Assembly (NCBI RefSeq): GCF_020745735.1 | Contig: NC_083436.1 | Location: forward strand, 33,565,299-33,629,298 | Source: Hemiscyllium ocellatum | Lineage: Eukaryota | DNA length: 64,000 nt | Reading direction: 5' to 3' | In this document: piece after piece, positions 1 through 12,245 of the stretch | How positions within the stretch are numbered: position 1 is the stretch's first letter | Layout of the letters: each line of letters starts with the position of its first letter | The notes under the pieces: model-generated | Databases searched by the model: none | Seen by the model: the letters and a program-made list of their open reading frames with translations, nothing else | What the model was told of the DNA's origin: nothing | Position numbers and translations under genes: made by a program

Positions 1-770
1 TGTATTATGACAAAATACTCCCTATTCAATAGCCACAGCATTGTTTACATTTCATACATCCTCTACAATTTCGAGATGGTGTCTTGCAAAAGGTTTGTCA
101 CAACAAATAATCAAATGGTTTCCGACAAATTTCCACAAGATCGAGATAACCACCTTGGAAACTGCGTCAATCGTTGTTTATCGACGTCTGTGCAGATTCC
201 AGTGTGAGTGGGAGTGTAGCGTGCATCAGAATACACAACCCAGCATGATAAAAGTGAGTGACCTAACTACTCATATCACTAAATATTTATGTCTTGCAAT
301 GACGGCAATTATGGACCAATGCCAAACAGCATTACTGTTGCTTTAGATGAAGCATTGTAGTGGTCTATTTATGAATAAGAACTCATTCACCGCTCTTGTA
401 TCTTCCTTGTTTTGAAATAAGTGGTTACAACATAATCATCAAAGTAACTTAGTGTCCTTACAAGATTTCAAAAGCATGTCTTCTTCTTCAGTCACTGTTT
501 TTAAACATGAGGTCTTTACTCAGTTAAAATGTTTAGCTTTACCTCAATATTTTTCCTTTTCAGTGTCAAGTCTTCCTTCGGGTCCTCTAGAGCCAAGGCA
601 AATTACTTTTTTGAAGTTGTGTCAAATTCTTTAGCTAACAGATTTTTTTGTAACTTCATACAATTTGGGCAGAATGAAATATCATCAAATTGTTGGTGTA
701 ATATGCAAGTAGAAACCTTCAATGGGCCAGACCTTGCCGGAATAGGGCATCTGTTATCACCTCTCATTAA
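1..770 (-). pseudogene. Highly degenerate DNA-transposase fossil, possibly P-element/THAP9-like (runs off window start)
   Basis: Manual minus-strand translation across stops and frameshifts gives the ordered fragments CPNCMKLQKNLL, LTLKRKNIEVKL, VWHWSII, YE*L, RYTPTHTGICTDVDKQRL and MYEM*. These resemble the WHP.II / YE.LR / DYT...G....VD.QL / DEM series of P-like transposases. Pattern recall only. Confidence 0.3.
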
Positions 771-1717
771 TTAGACTTTAGTATTGATGAAAAAAAAGCT
801 ATGTATTGATAAAACTTTTTGTCTTGCATTCATCAGCATAAGTTGCAAAAAGTACCAATGCCAAAGGAAAATATCATGATGCTGCGTGAGAAGAGAGGTG
901 CTGATTGGTTGCCAAGTTGTTTCTGATTGACAGATATGGATACTGCTCCAGTTAATGATGACTACCAAGTTTTGTTTAAATTTTACATTGATTCTGATTG
1001 GTCATAGCGTTTCCCTGAGAAATAAACTAAGAAGTGGCTGTCACCTGTTTTGGTGAGTTGAAACAGACACAGTGTATACAGTGAAACCCACATTCCTTAA
1101 ACAAAACAAGTAAAAAATGGTATTCATTATATCTGCATTTAAACCAGAGAAGATAAAGTACCAAAATATATGGTGTGATATGAAAACATATGGGAAATGT
1201 AGCCCAAAACATTAATTGCAACTAATGAACAAACAGGATTTTAAAAAGTTAGCCTCTCAGTGTCTTCACTGCATTCCTCATGTAAATGAAGTAGTTCAGA
1301 GTCACTATAAAATGTCTTCACTTTAAAACCAAAAACTGCCACCAATCTAGCTGTCAGGGAGAATATGAGGAACTCTCAAAGACTGGGTAATGGAGGATAT
1401 TGTCCTCAGCTTAAATGCTGCTTTCCCAAAAAAACTTTATTTAGAAGAATGAAAAGAGGCAGACTTTCTACGAATCTCCATTTCTTTACAGCTTCCAATC
1501 AATTGAACAATCAACTGCAATTGAACATCATATGCTGGATACATTCCTCAAGTGCAAGTCAATGGCTAATAGTATTAATATTATTCTAAAAGTTCACTAC
1601 ACAACCATTCCAATGATCTGATTCATTATTGCAATGCCTGAAGTAAACCAAAATGACTTGACATCTTCATAAGCTTTTTTTAAGATCAATTTGCTTGTAG
1701 CTAAATTACAAATAACA

Positions 1718-3125
1718 TAGAAAATAGGAGTAGGAGTGATCATTTAACCCTTCACATTTGCTCTGCCATTTAATATAAGGCAATAAGACATAGGAACATA
1801 CATAAGCCATTCAGTTCCTCGAGCCTGCTCTGCCTTTCAATAAGATCTTGGATGATCCAACATTCCTCACATACACTTTCCCCATACCTCTCCATTCACC
1901 TACTGATCAAAAATCTCAGCCTCAAATGTACACAAGGATTCTGCCCTAACAGAGTTCTGCTCTGTGGCAAGGAATTCTAAAGCTCTTAATCCTCTGAGAG
2001 AAGGAATTTCTCCTCATCGTAGTCTTAAATTAGTTCCCCTTAGTTCTGAGATGAAGCCTTCTGCCCCTAAACTCTCCCATGGTGGAAACATTTCGGTATT
2101 TATCCTGTCAAGCCCCTGAAGAATCGAATGTTTTAATGCGATCACCTCTCACTTTTCTAAACTCAAGTGAATAGAGTCGAATATGTTTAGCCTTTGCTTA
2201 AAAGACAATCCCTCCATTCCAGGGATCATCCTGATGAACTTTCTCCGAACTGCCTCCAATAAATATAATATCCTTCCTTAAAATAAGGGGACCAAAACTG
2301 CTCACAATACTCCACATCTGGTCTCACTCGCACCTTATACAGTTGCAGTAACACTCCCTACTCTTATACTCCAACCCCCTGGAAATAAAGGCTAACATTC
2401 CATATGCCTTCCTGATTACCTGCTGCTTCTGTGTGCTAGTTTTCTGTGTTTTGTGCACAAGTACCCCCAAGTCCCTTTGTGTTACAACTTTTTGCAGTTT
2501 TTCCACATTTAAATAATACTGTTATTTTGTTCTCCCTTCCAAAATGTATATCTTCACATTTTTCCATATTGTATTCCATTTGCTAGCTTTTTGCACACTT
2601 AATTAACCTATCAATACCTTTCTATAAACTGTTTCTATCCTTTTCGCAGTTTGCTTTTCCATCTATTTTTGTGTTGGCCGCAAATTTGATGAAAGTATAT
2701 TCACTTCCTCCTTCCAAGTTATTAAAATACTGTAAAGGATTGTGGTCCCAGCACAGATCCCTGTGGGATTCCACTGGTCAGGCGTCACTAATCTGAAAAA
2801 GAACCCATTATCCTTACTCACTGCTGCCTGCCCATGAGCCAATTCTTTATCCATGCCAATCCACAACATCCACACCATGGCCTCTGGTCTTATGACTTAC
2901 CCTTTCGTGAGGTGCCATGTTGGATGCCATCTGGAAGTGCAAGTACAACATGTTAGTTGAAAGTTCTTCAACAAACTCAAATAAATTAGTAAGATATGAT
3001 TTTGCTTTTATGGAGCCACGCTGACTCTGCTTGATTAGGTTATTATTTTCCAACTGTGCTGTCATGATTTTCTTAATAATTGATTCCAACATTTTCCAAC
3101 AATAGATATTTGGATGAGTTACCTG
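1718..3125 (-). mobile_element. CR1-clade LINE, 5'-truncated (RT and C-terminal part of ORF2 plus 3' UTR), degenerate
   Basis: ORF fragments MLESIIK..IKQSQRGSIKAKSYLTNLFEF (2847-3092) and QRDLGVLVHK..KAYGMLAFISRGLEYKS (2324-2506); 3' tails near 1718 and 1785. Confidence 0.9.
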
Positions 3126-3536
3126 CTTTTTGACCCTCTCCCTTTGAATAGGACAGCCACTTTGGTAGGATGATCAAGGCTGATTATCCAACTTAATCCC
3201 CTGTTCCCATTTTCTCTGCATACTTTTAGCCCTATAAACTACATCTAGTGCCTTCTTGAAGACACTCAATGCTTTCCCCTCAACTACTTTCTGTGGCAAG
3301 GAATTCCAAAGGCTCAAAATTCTCTGGGTGATGAAACTTCTCCTCATCTTAATCCTAAATGGCCTTCCCATGTCCTTAAACTGTGATCCCTGATTCTGGA
3401 CTCCTTGGTCATTGGGAACATCATTCCTGCATTTACTTTATCTCGTCCAGTTAGAATTTTATAAGCTTCTATGAGGTCTTCCTCATTCTTCTAGACTCCA
3501 GTTAATAAAGTCCTAACCAGTTCAAAGTGCCTTCAT

Positions 3537-3574
3537 ACATCAGTCCAACTAACCCAAGTTAGTTGGACTGATGT
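3537..3574. repeat. Perfect 17-bp inverted repeat with 4-nt loop
   Basis: ACATCAGTCCAACTAAC-CCAA-GTTAGTTGGACTGATGT. Confidence 0.95.
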
Positions 3575-3609
3575 TTCACTCCGTCCATAGCCAGAACATC
3601 CTTTCTCAT

Positions 3610-3753
3610 AGTTAGAAAATCGGACAACACCAAGTTATAGTCCAACAGGTTTATTTGGAAATACTAGCTTTCAAATAAACCTGTTGGACTATAACCTAGT
3701 GTTGTGTGATTTTTAACTTTGCCCACCCCAGTCCAACACCAGCATCTCCTCAT
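3610..3753. mobile_element. PLE-derived fold-back insertion, family C (ribozyme core deleted at centre)
   Basis: Arms ACAACACCAAGTTATAGTCCAACAGGTTTATTTG and CAAATAAACCTGTTGGACTATAACCTAGTGTTGT; perfect 13-bp TSD CATCCTTTCTCAT at 3597-3609 and 3754-3766. Confidence 0.85.
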
Positions 3754-4814
3754 CATCCTTTCTCATGGAAGAGAACAAAACTGCACACAATACTCCAGGT
3801 GTGATCTCACCCAGGTTCAAACAATAACAGCAAGACATCCCTGCTCCTGCACTCGAATCTTCTCACCACAATGGTAGACAAACTATTTGCCTTCTTCACT
3901 GGCTGCTGCACATTCATACTTACTTTCAGTGACCGGTATAAGCTTTCATTGCACCTCTCCCTTTCCCAAATTATCACCATTTAGATAATCTGCATTCCTG
4001 TTTTTGCTACCAAAGTGGATAACCTCACACTTAGCAGCATTATACTTTGTCTGCCATGCACTGACTCAATACAGCCAAATCACTCTGAGGAGTCTCAGCA
4101 ATCTTCCTCACAGCTCAGAGCACTACCCAGCTTTGTGCCATCTCCAAACTTGGAGGTATTACATTTATTTCCCTCAGCTAAATCATTCATGTATATTCTG
4201 ATAGTGGAGTCCAAGTACTGATCCCTGCGGTACCCCACTAGTCACTGTCTGCCACTCAGAAAAAGGTCTATTTATTCCTAACCTTTGTTTCCTGTCTGTG
4301 TCTACTGGCTCAATGGTATTCCATATGCTCAGTCATTAAGCTACTGAGCCTCCCGTGTCCGTTATATGTGAGTATACAAGGAACAAATAAACCCACTCTA
4401 TTTAATGGAGCTGATGCTTTTGGTGGTTTTCTTTTTAAGCACAGACAGCATGCTGAATCTATCTGTAATTTACCTGGCACTGTGATTTGCCAGTTGATGA
4501 TGTGTGCAATGTTAAGTACACCAATAAATCTTCATTATTGTTTCAGATGCTTTTCAGTTTGTGTTTAGCAGTCCCTCAACATCACATCTGTTCACATCTG
4601 CAATGTTCAAAGATAAGCAATCACCATGGGAGACAAGGCAGCTTCCTACTCACTTCCTAGTGTATGTTGCATGAAGTTTATGAACTGATGGAAGATCTCG
4701 TGTACTTGAGGCTTTCAAAAGAAAAACAAGGGACCTTTTGACCTCAGGGATGGTTGGTCACAGATTCCTTCTCAAATCTGATCCACAAAATTGAACATGA
4801 TTTTGACGCAAGGG

Positions 4815-5050
4815 ATAAAAGCAAATTACTCTGGATGCTGGAATCTGAAACGTAAAGAGAAAATGTTGGAAAATCTCAGCAGGTCTGGCAGCATCTGTAA
4901 CGAGAGAAAAGAGCTGACGTTTCGAGTCTAATTGACCCTTTGGCAAAGTTGGCCCTTTGACAAAGGATCAGTTAGACTCGAAATGTCAGCTCTTTTCTCT
5001 CCTTACAGCTGCTGCCAGACCTGCTGAGATTTTCCAGCATTTTCTCTTTT
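4815..5050. mobile_element. PLE-derived fold-back insertion, family B, with two variant hammerhead-like cores
   Basis: About 95-bp arms (4854-4948 and 4955-5049) around the spacer TTGGCC; TSD GATTTTGA(C/T)GCAAGGG at 4799-4814 and 5051-5066; TTGACAA-AGGATCAGTTAGACTC-GAAA-TGTC-AGC at 4957-4990, with a mirror copy on the minus strand. Confidence 0.85.
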
Positions 5051-5829
5051 GATTTTGATGCAAGGGTTGTCTAATACCCCATTGAGTAATCTGGTTTGCT
5101 TCCTTCTCCACCAACCCCAAAGAGAACAACTTAATGGGAAATAAAATCATTTTGTAACCAATAAATATAAAAATGGTGAGGGCTACATGAACATACAGTG
5201 GATTAACAATTCCATGCATCTGTTTTCAATGGGGTGAGTGTGTCTGGCAGACTGCTAAAAATCACGCATTGGAGTCAATTATTTCCAGAGATCTCTGACA
5301 TATCAGATGAAGTGAATTTAACTTAATCAGGGATAGACAGTCTGAACAGAAATTGATAAGACACATGTGCATTGAAGTTTCAGAAGAATGAGAAGGGGAT
5401 TAATACCACACAGTGTAACAGATTAGGCAGTTCTGACATATCCACGTCAAGAGGTGCGATTAAAGAGTGGTGTGTTTATCTACCTTAGGCTGACAGCTGG
5501 AAGTTTCCCCACAGCTCAGGCAGGGTATGTGGAGTAAATCCAAGGAAATCTCCTTCGAGGTCCAACCCTTAGCCACATATACAGTCCACCGTCTTTTAGT
5601 TTCTGATTTGGGAGCCTAGGAGACAGCTCTAGGAGAACCAACTTTGAAAGGCTTGCACCCACAAGAGGGTTGAATCTGGTTCACCAACTGCTGATATCGG
5701 GAAGCACGGCTATTTGCTAGGGAGACATGAGGACACTGATGGTGGGACATCAGTCTATTAACCTCACTGATCCAGCAGCCAATCAGGCTTGGCATCCAAA
5801 ATGGCAAACCATTGCGTGTTGGCAACGGT

Positions 5830-6440
5830 GTTTTGAAAACATTCAATGTTTTGGCCTCGACCACTTCCCATGACAGAGAATTCCAAAGGCTCACCATTCA
5901 CTAGGTAAAGAATTTCTCCTCATCTTAGTCCTAAATGGCCTTCCTATGTCCTTAAATATGATCCCTGGTTCTGGACTCCCTGGTCATCAGGAACATTGTT
6001 CCTGCATTTACCTTGTCTAGTCCGATTAGAAATTTGGGCAAAAACAGAAATTGCTGGAAAAGCTCAGCAGCTCTGGCAGCATCTCTTAGAGAAATCAGAG
6101 ATAATGTTTCAAGTTGAGTGACCCTTCCTTAGAATGGATCCTTCTGAGGAAGGGTCACTGGACCTGGAACATTAACTCTGCCTTCTCTCCACAGATGCTT
6201 CCAGACCTGCTGAGCATTTCCAGCAATTTCTATTTTTGTCTCTGGTTTACAGCATCCATAGTTCTTTCAGTTTTTATCCTATTGGAAGTTTATATGTTTC
6301 TATGAGATCCCCTTCTTTCTTCCAAACTCCAGTGAATACAGTCCGAAGCAATTTAGTCTCTCTTCACACATCAGTCCTGCTAACCCAGGAATCAATCTGA
6401 TAAACCTTTGTTTCACACCCTCCATGGCAAGGACATCAAT
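5830..6440 (-). mobile_element. CR1-clade LINE 3' fragment hosting a PLE palindrome
   Basis: VSLWNSLSWEVVEAKTLNVFK (ORF 5616-5897); continues after 6290. Confidence 0.85.
6036..6276. mobile_element. PLE-derived fold-back insertion, family B
   Basis: Inverted arms around 6135-6141; CTGAGGA-AGGGTCACTGGACCT-GGAA at 6144-6169; imperfect TSD TCCGATTAGAAATTT (6021-6035) / TCCTATTGGAAGTTT (6277-6291). Confidence 0.8.
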
Positions 6441-6739
6441 GGGACCACACGGACTCACTTTTCTAGAACCCATGACTTTTGGAAATATTGCAGAAGCCTC
6501 TAATATTTGCCTCGGATGTTTCCTGTCTGGTGTTGGGCACTAGAACAGACGTCAATCTGTCTGGATTGCATGCATCTTGTTACTCACTCTGAGAGCCACC
6601 ACATTGTAACAAACCAACATTTGGCACCAGTATATAGGCCTGGCTGGTTTTCTCATCCATGGTATGTTAGAAGAATCCAAATCAACCACCTCCAAAATCG
6701 AGAGGGTCACAGGAAGATGGTGCATGCAATAGGAATGCA

Positions 6740-7440
6740 GCACACACCTTTCAGGAGGAAGGGAAAATTAGAACGAGAGTCAATCCAGGCTGCCTGTTGT
6801 TGCAATAACATTGCAGCATTTAATCGCATTAGTGTGTCGGCAGGTCTCTGCCGTCATTGCTTCCAGTTTGGGAAATGAGGCAATGAAGGAAGGCAAAAGG
6901 AGCAGACAGCAAAATTGCAAATTGTAACACCCCTTATCCTTGCGCCATCTTCATAAACAATACTAGGTTGAGAAACTATTTGGAATACAATGATAAAAAG
7001 TTTTCCATAAATACAAAAGATTAAATTTATGTTGGCGGCAAGTGGGAAGCATTTGGCCCAGCTCTCACCATTCACTTTTAATCACAGTGTTTATTCAACT
7101 GTATAAATGCTATGTGGTAATTTATAGGGAAACAGCAGGATTGTTGACTGCAAACGCTGGTTCATCTCAAGCACTTAACAAAATGCTGAAATAGTTTCCT
7201 GCAACAAATAACATTTTGTCATCGATAAATCATCTCGCAGCACTCCCCTTGCTGTGCCCTCAACTGATATCTTCAAATGCTGACAAAATATTGTGACTTT
7301 GATGGCTGTGTTATTCTGGCACGACAATGCATTTACTTCAAGGCGTGTAGATTATGAATGTTTTGATGCATAATGTATTGCAAATCATCTTTCGATGGGT
7401 GCAATCAAACAACTAACTACAATGCGTCAGAGGCCCACAA
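6740..7440. promoter_or_regulatory. Candidate conserved non-coding enhancer
   Basis: No recognisable repeat; Pbx-Hox-type TGATTTAT on the minus strand (7225-7232) adjacent to TGACA sites. Conservation untested. Confidence 0.35.
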
Positions 7441-7547
7441 ACCCGGCAAACCTTGGACCTAGTCCACATCAGATTTTGGTTCTTGCTGGTTTTCTGGTCA
7501 AACGTTTCCAATCAGATCAGGGAAAATGTTGATGGTGCGTTCTTTGT

Positions 7548-8300
7548 ATTTTATTCATTGATGGGATGTGGGCTTCGCTGGCTGGCCAGCATTTACTGCC
7601 TGTCCTTAGTCAGAGGTAGAGTCATAGAGCTGGACAACATGGAAACAGGCCCTTCAGTCCAACTCGTCCATGCTGACCACATATCCTAAATTAATCTAGG
7701 CCCATTTGCCTGCATTTAGCTCATATCCCTCTAAGCACTTCCTATTCATATGCCCATCCTTTAAAATGTTGCAATTGTATCAGCCTCCACCATTTCCTCT
7801 GGTAGCTCATTCCATACATACACCATCCCATGTGTGAATAAAAAGGTGCCTCTTGGATCCCTTTTAAGTCTTTCCCTTCTCATTTTAAACCTGTGCCCTC
7901 TAGTTCTAGACTCCTCTACTCTAGGGAAAAGGCATTGGCTATTCATCTTATCCATAACCTCGACCCTCAGCCTCCGACACTCAAGGGAAAACAGCCCAGC
8001 CTTTTCAGCCTCTCTCTATGTTTCAAATCCTCCAACTTTGGCAACACCTTTGTAAATCTTTTCTGAACCCTTTCAAGTTTCACAACATCTTTCCTGTACT
8101 CTTGAAAAGATGGTGGTGAACTGCCTTCTGGATCTGCTGCAGTCCACCTTCTGTGGGTTGACCCACAGTGTCACTGGGGAGGAAATCCTAGGAGTTTGAC
8201 CCAGTGACAGTGAAGGAACAGCAACATATTTCCAAATCAGGATAGTAAGTGTGTTGAAGGGGAACTTGAGAATAGTGGTGTTCCCATGTACCTGCTGCAT
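7548..8300 (-). mobile_element. L2/CR1-type LINE 3' end with a nested CR1 3' fragment (~7615-8095)
   Basis: Tail at 7548-7610 continues at 8095-8300 (GNTTILKFP..ILIWKYVAVPSLSLG); the nested piece encodes LFPRVEESRTRGHRFK..VWNELPEEMVEA. Confidence 0.8.
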
Positions 8301-8339
8301 CTTTGAGTCAAGATTGCGAAGGGCAGTTTTGTTAGAAAT

Positions 8340-9440
8340 GGAAACATTACAACAAGGAACCTCTTTGGAACAGCTTCGGTGCTACTGTGTTCAAGAATGG
8401 CCGAAACTCTGTTTATGCAAATAAATGGGGGTCACAGTGCACTTCAGTGAAGTGAAAGTAGTGGGGTTGGAGTGTTTTCAAGGAAATTCCTTGCCACATA
8501 GTGAGAACAAAAGTGTCACTGAGGAGTGAAAGACACGTTGTGGCAGCTTAAAAGATTATCCAGTTTTCAGTCCTATATCACTGGTTCAGAGGGGTGGATT
8601 TGAAACACTGCATCTGTATGTTTATTGGACCAATGGGATGCATGTACACCAGCAATACCACAAGGTTTTTGCATTTTTTTTAGTAATGAATGATTTTTCC
8701 ATCGTCATAGAGCAAATTACTACAGATGCTAGAACCTGTACCAAAAAGAACAAATGCTGGAAATCACAGTAGGTCAGGTAGCATCCATGGAGAGAGAGCA
8801 AGCTACCAATTCGAATTAAGATGACTCATGGATGCTGCCTGGCCCACTGTGATCTCCAGCATTTGTTGTTTGCCATTGTCATGATGGAATATCCTGATGG
8901 TTTCAGATCATCAGTTAGAACAGAAGATCTCTAACAAAGAGATTTCCTCTTTTTTAATGGCCAGCTATTATTCCAGCATGGGCAAAATGGAAGTACCTGA
9001 GCTTGATGCTATCAAAATTAGTTTCCAAGTATCTCCTCAACTTCTTGCTCCCTCTCCACATCCCACTGCCACCTCATCCAGGAACTCTGAGATAAAGAAC
9101 ATATCACTGGTATTAAGTCAAGCAGGAAGTCACAAATTGTGGTGTGACTCCAGGATTTGGTGTAACTTGGTAAACATATTACTAGAACTGCCTATGGATG
9201 TGACTGAAACTCATGGTAGTGTGGGAAAACTGGGAAATCAAGGTATTGTTAGGATGAATTTTTTGAGGGAAAATATTCTTTGGAATTGCTCCCAACTGTC
9301 ACAGAACACATCACCTACTCCACCAGAAAAGCAATTTTGCCAAAATCATAAAGTCTACCCCAATATCATAATTATATAAAGCCATTAAAGTAGTTTTTAA
9401 ATGTCTGGGAAGTATTTGGATATGACAAAAGGATGTAGCT
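8340..9440 (+). mobile_element. Very degenerate Gypsy/Ty3 integrase remnant
   Basis: LEQLRCYCVQEWP near 8365; an (R)HG(I)P..MVSD motif split by the 8709 insertion; VSDHQLEQ..KEISSFL..SPQLL in ORF 8897-9379. Confidence 0.5.
8709..8872. mobile_element. PLE-derived fold-back insertion (B-related)
   Basis: ACAAATGCTGGAAATCACAGTAGGTCAGGTAGCATCCATG and its inverse CATGGATGCTGCCTGGCCCACTGTGATCTCCAGCATTTGT; TSD CCAT(C/T)GTCAT at 8699-8708 and 8873-8882. Confidence 0.75.
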
Positions 9441-9499
9441 GATGACCTTAACTTGAAATGGGTTGCCTCAGAGCAGTGAACTCAAAAGCATTCATCGAC

Positions 9500-9822
9500 T
9501 CCCTACAGTATGGAAGGAGACCATCCAGCCCATCAAGTCCACAAAAACCCTCCAAAAAGCATCCCACCCAGACCCACCTCATCCGCATTTTCCATGGCTA
9601 ACCTGCACATCCCTGGATTCAAAGGGCTATTTAGCGTGGCCAATCCACCTAACCTGCACATCTTTGGACTGTGGGAGGAAACCGGAATTCCTGGAGGAAA
9701 TCTACATAGACACAGGGAGAACGTGCACGCTGCACACAGACCATTGCCTGAAGCTGGAATCAAACCCAGGGCTCCCCAACACTGTGAGGCAGCAGAGCTA
9801 ACCACTGAGCCACCGTGCCACT
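9500..9822 (-). mobile_element. HE1/V-SINE-type tRNA-derived SINE
   Basis: Head GGCACGGTGGCTCAGTGGTTAGC (A box), V-like core GGTTTCCTCCCACAGTCCAAAGATGTGCAGG, CR1-like tail. Confidence 0.85.
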
Positions 9823-10229
9823 CCTGCAACTCTGAAGTGGAGGTCGGAGAACCAGAAAGTACATGGAAATATTGAAAATCATTTCATACATTGGCAGCAG
9901 CATCACTGACTCACAAAACACACTGAGGTTAACTTTCAAATGTCTACACAGCTTGATGGGAATGTCGGTCAGACAAGAGAGCACATGGACGGAAGCCCTA
10001 ATTTGCACTTCTCCCATTTTATATCTTTATAGAAGATTATTCCTTCTCAGAGGCTGACAATATTTGCACCCTTTTTTTTAAACCATTTGAGGAATTAAGG
10101 GCTTTACTGATGATCATGGGCTTTGTCACAGTACAGTTGGGAAGATTATGTCATTAATTAAGCTCCCCTGATCCATAAACCATCACAATTGTGTAAATAC
10201 CCAATTAAACCACGAAGATGATCAATTTG

Positions 10230-10951
10230 TCTGACAGCCTGCTATTCAGAATAAAAGTAATCCGCACCAGGTTTCATCATTAACAGGAAAATAACAATTT
10301 ATTGTAAACAAACATCCTTTAATTAGTGGCAAAATGTAATAATAATTCAGTACAAAGCAACTTAAGTCTTACCCCTTTAAAAACTATTCATTCTAAAACA
10401 AGGTGGACAAAGACAGTTTGACAGAAGTGTGATGGGTGGGTGAGTATAGACAGGTAAATCAAACTCTGTCAAATTTTCTTGACTTATAGCAACGGTGCCA
10501 TGATGTTGTCCAAGAGTGTTGGTCGATCTTCGATTAAATGGCCAATTAGGTGAAATCAGATATCTCTCTTGTGTTAAGAATCTATTTTCTTTTTGGCATC
10601 TAAGATTTTTTTTTACTCTCTGAGCAAAGGGAGAAAGATGTTGCTTATTTACATACTTCTGTATATCTCTGAAGACATTGTGTTCACAGGTCTGTGATGA
10701 ACCACAGTTGGACATATCTGAGGGCTGTCTTTGGGTTGTTTTTCCTATCACAAAGATTTCTAGTGCCCACTCTGTCTCATAAAGCATCCACCTCACTGCT
10801 AATGAAAGTAACATTATCTTATGAATCTAATGTATACGCCACACAATCCCATTTGACCTTCAAGATACAAAAACCTCTCCATCTACTTTTGGCCTTATAC
10901 AGTGCATTTTCCAGTTTGTAGTCCAAAAGATAAAATATGTGGTCTCTTACA
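10230..10951 (-). mobile_element. Possible solo LTR
   Basis: Minus strand begins TGTAAGAG at 10951, has AATAAA near 10300 and ends in CA near 10230; no TSD confirmed. Confidence 0.25.
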
Positions 10952-11934
10952 GCGCTATGATTTGGTAAGATATGTTTCACATCTGGTCTTTTGCAAAGTT
11001 ATTTTGCTTGTACTGTAATCCATCTGCACACACAAAAACAGAAGGTTTGTGCAGAAAAATTATAGACATATCCTGTGGGATTACTTTATCAAACACCATT
11101 CACTGATATCAGAAAATCAGCTACAATTGGTGTCACTCAAGAAATACAGGATTATTAAAGTCCTGTCACAAGAAAGATTGCGCTGTCAAACCTTTCCCAT
11201 AATGGATTATACTATTCCATTGACAAACCAAGATCCCCAAGATTCTCACCACTGGGTTTCAATCAACATCTGCACAGTATGGTGGAACATCTTTCTACTT
11301 TGAGGAGGAATGGATCTGACTCATTGGCATTCAATTTCTGGCATTAATATGTCTTATTTGCTGAGACAGGTTATATATTCTATTCTCATCTACACAAAAA
11401 GTATTGTCTGGCTCAGCCAAATTCTGTTCTTCATGAGGAACCTCATCTGTAGACAATGCATTAATGGCCAGAGAGAAGTGGCTTCAGAGAGACATGTTTG
11501 TATTGGAGAAGTAGCAACTAGAAGACACACTGCCCACAATGACTGGGTAAGTAAATTCTGTAGTTGTCATGGTACTTCTAAATCCAAATGAGGTTTTGTT
11601 CATTGCAAAGGCTACAACCTACAGTGATGGGCAGTGACGATGACTTTGAGAGCTGATATTTCAGAGAAAGTGCAGTAGCCGATAAAGACCTTAATCATTG
11701 GTCCATAATTTGAGCTGCTTCACGTGTTTAAGCAGAAGAATAAGGTAATGATTATGTCTGATGGCTGCATCCAAGAAGTGGCTTCTCCAAACTAGAATGC
11801 AACTTGCATCACCAGGAGCCACACTGGGTAAGTTCTGGAAATCTTCCCTCAGTTGCCTGTGGAGACGCAGCTTGTGGTGAAAGAGCCAGAGCAACTGACA
11901 GAGGAAGAAACTGACAGCAAACTGAGGAGGTGAT

Positions 11935-12245
11935 GATCTGGTGGTATTATCACTAGACTCTTAATCCAGAAACCCAGGTAATGTTTCAGGGACCCATGGT
12001 GGGTCATGGTGGAATTTGAATTCAATAATATAAAAAAAATCTTGAATAAAGAATCTAATGATCACCACTCTCAGTTGTTGGAAAAGCCCATCTGGTTCAC
12101 TGAAGTCTTTTAGGGGGTGAAACTGCCATCCTTACTTGGTCTGGCCTACATGTGACTCCAGACTCCCAGCAATGTGGTTGACTCTCAACTGCCCTCTGGG
12201 ATGGGCAATAAACATTGGTCTAGCCAGTGATGCCCTCAAACAATA
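11935..12245 (+). mobile_element. tRNA-related SINE with L2-like tail
   Basis: GGTTCACT..TTTAGGG..CTGCCATCCTTACTTGGTCTGGCCTACATGTGACTCCAGAC core; the tail matches the LINE end at 7548-7610. Paralogs at ~23405-23730, 47380-47620(-), 57830-58110 and 62395-62610. Confidence 0.75.

Larger units (their letters stand above)
3160..4300 (-). mobile_element. CR1-clade LINE fragment, interrupted by a PLE-derived palindrome
   Basis: SFITQRILSLWNSLPQKVVE (3174-3371); similar to CR1 copies at 5830-6440, 46000-46370 and 53500-54485. Confidence 0.85.

Noticed and set aside
8897-9379. 160-aa ORF as a novel protein
   Set aside because: It overlaps a decayed Gypsy integrase and has no splice or start context.
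11000-11900. Further Gypsy integrase remnant (LISENQLQL)
   Set aside because: A single weak motif, too degenerate to support.
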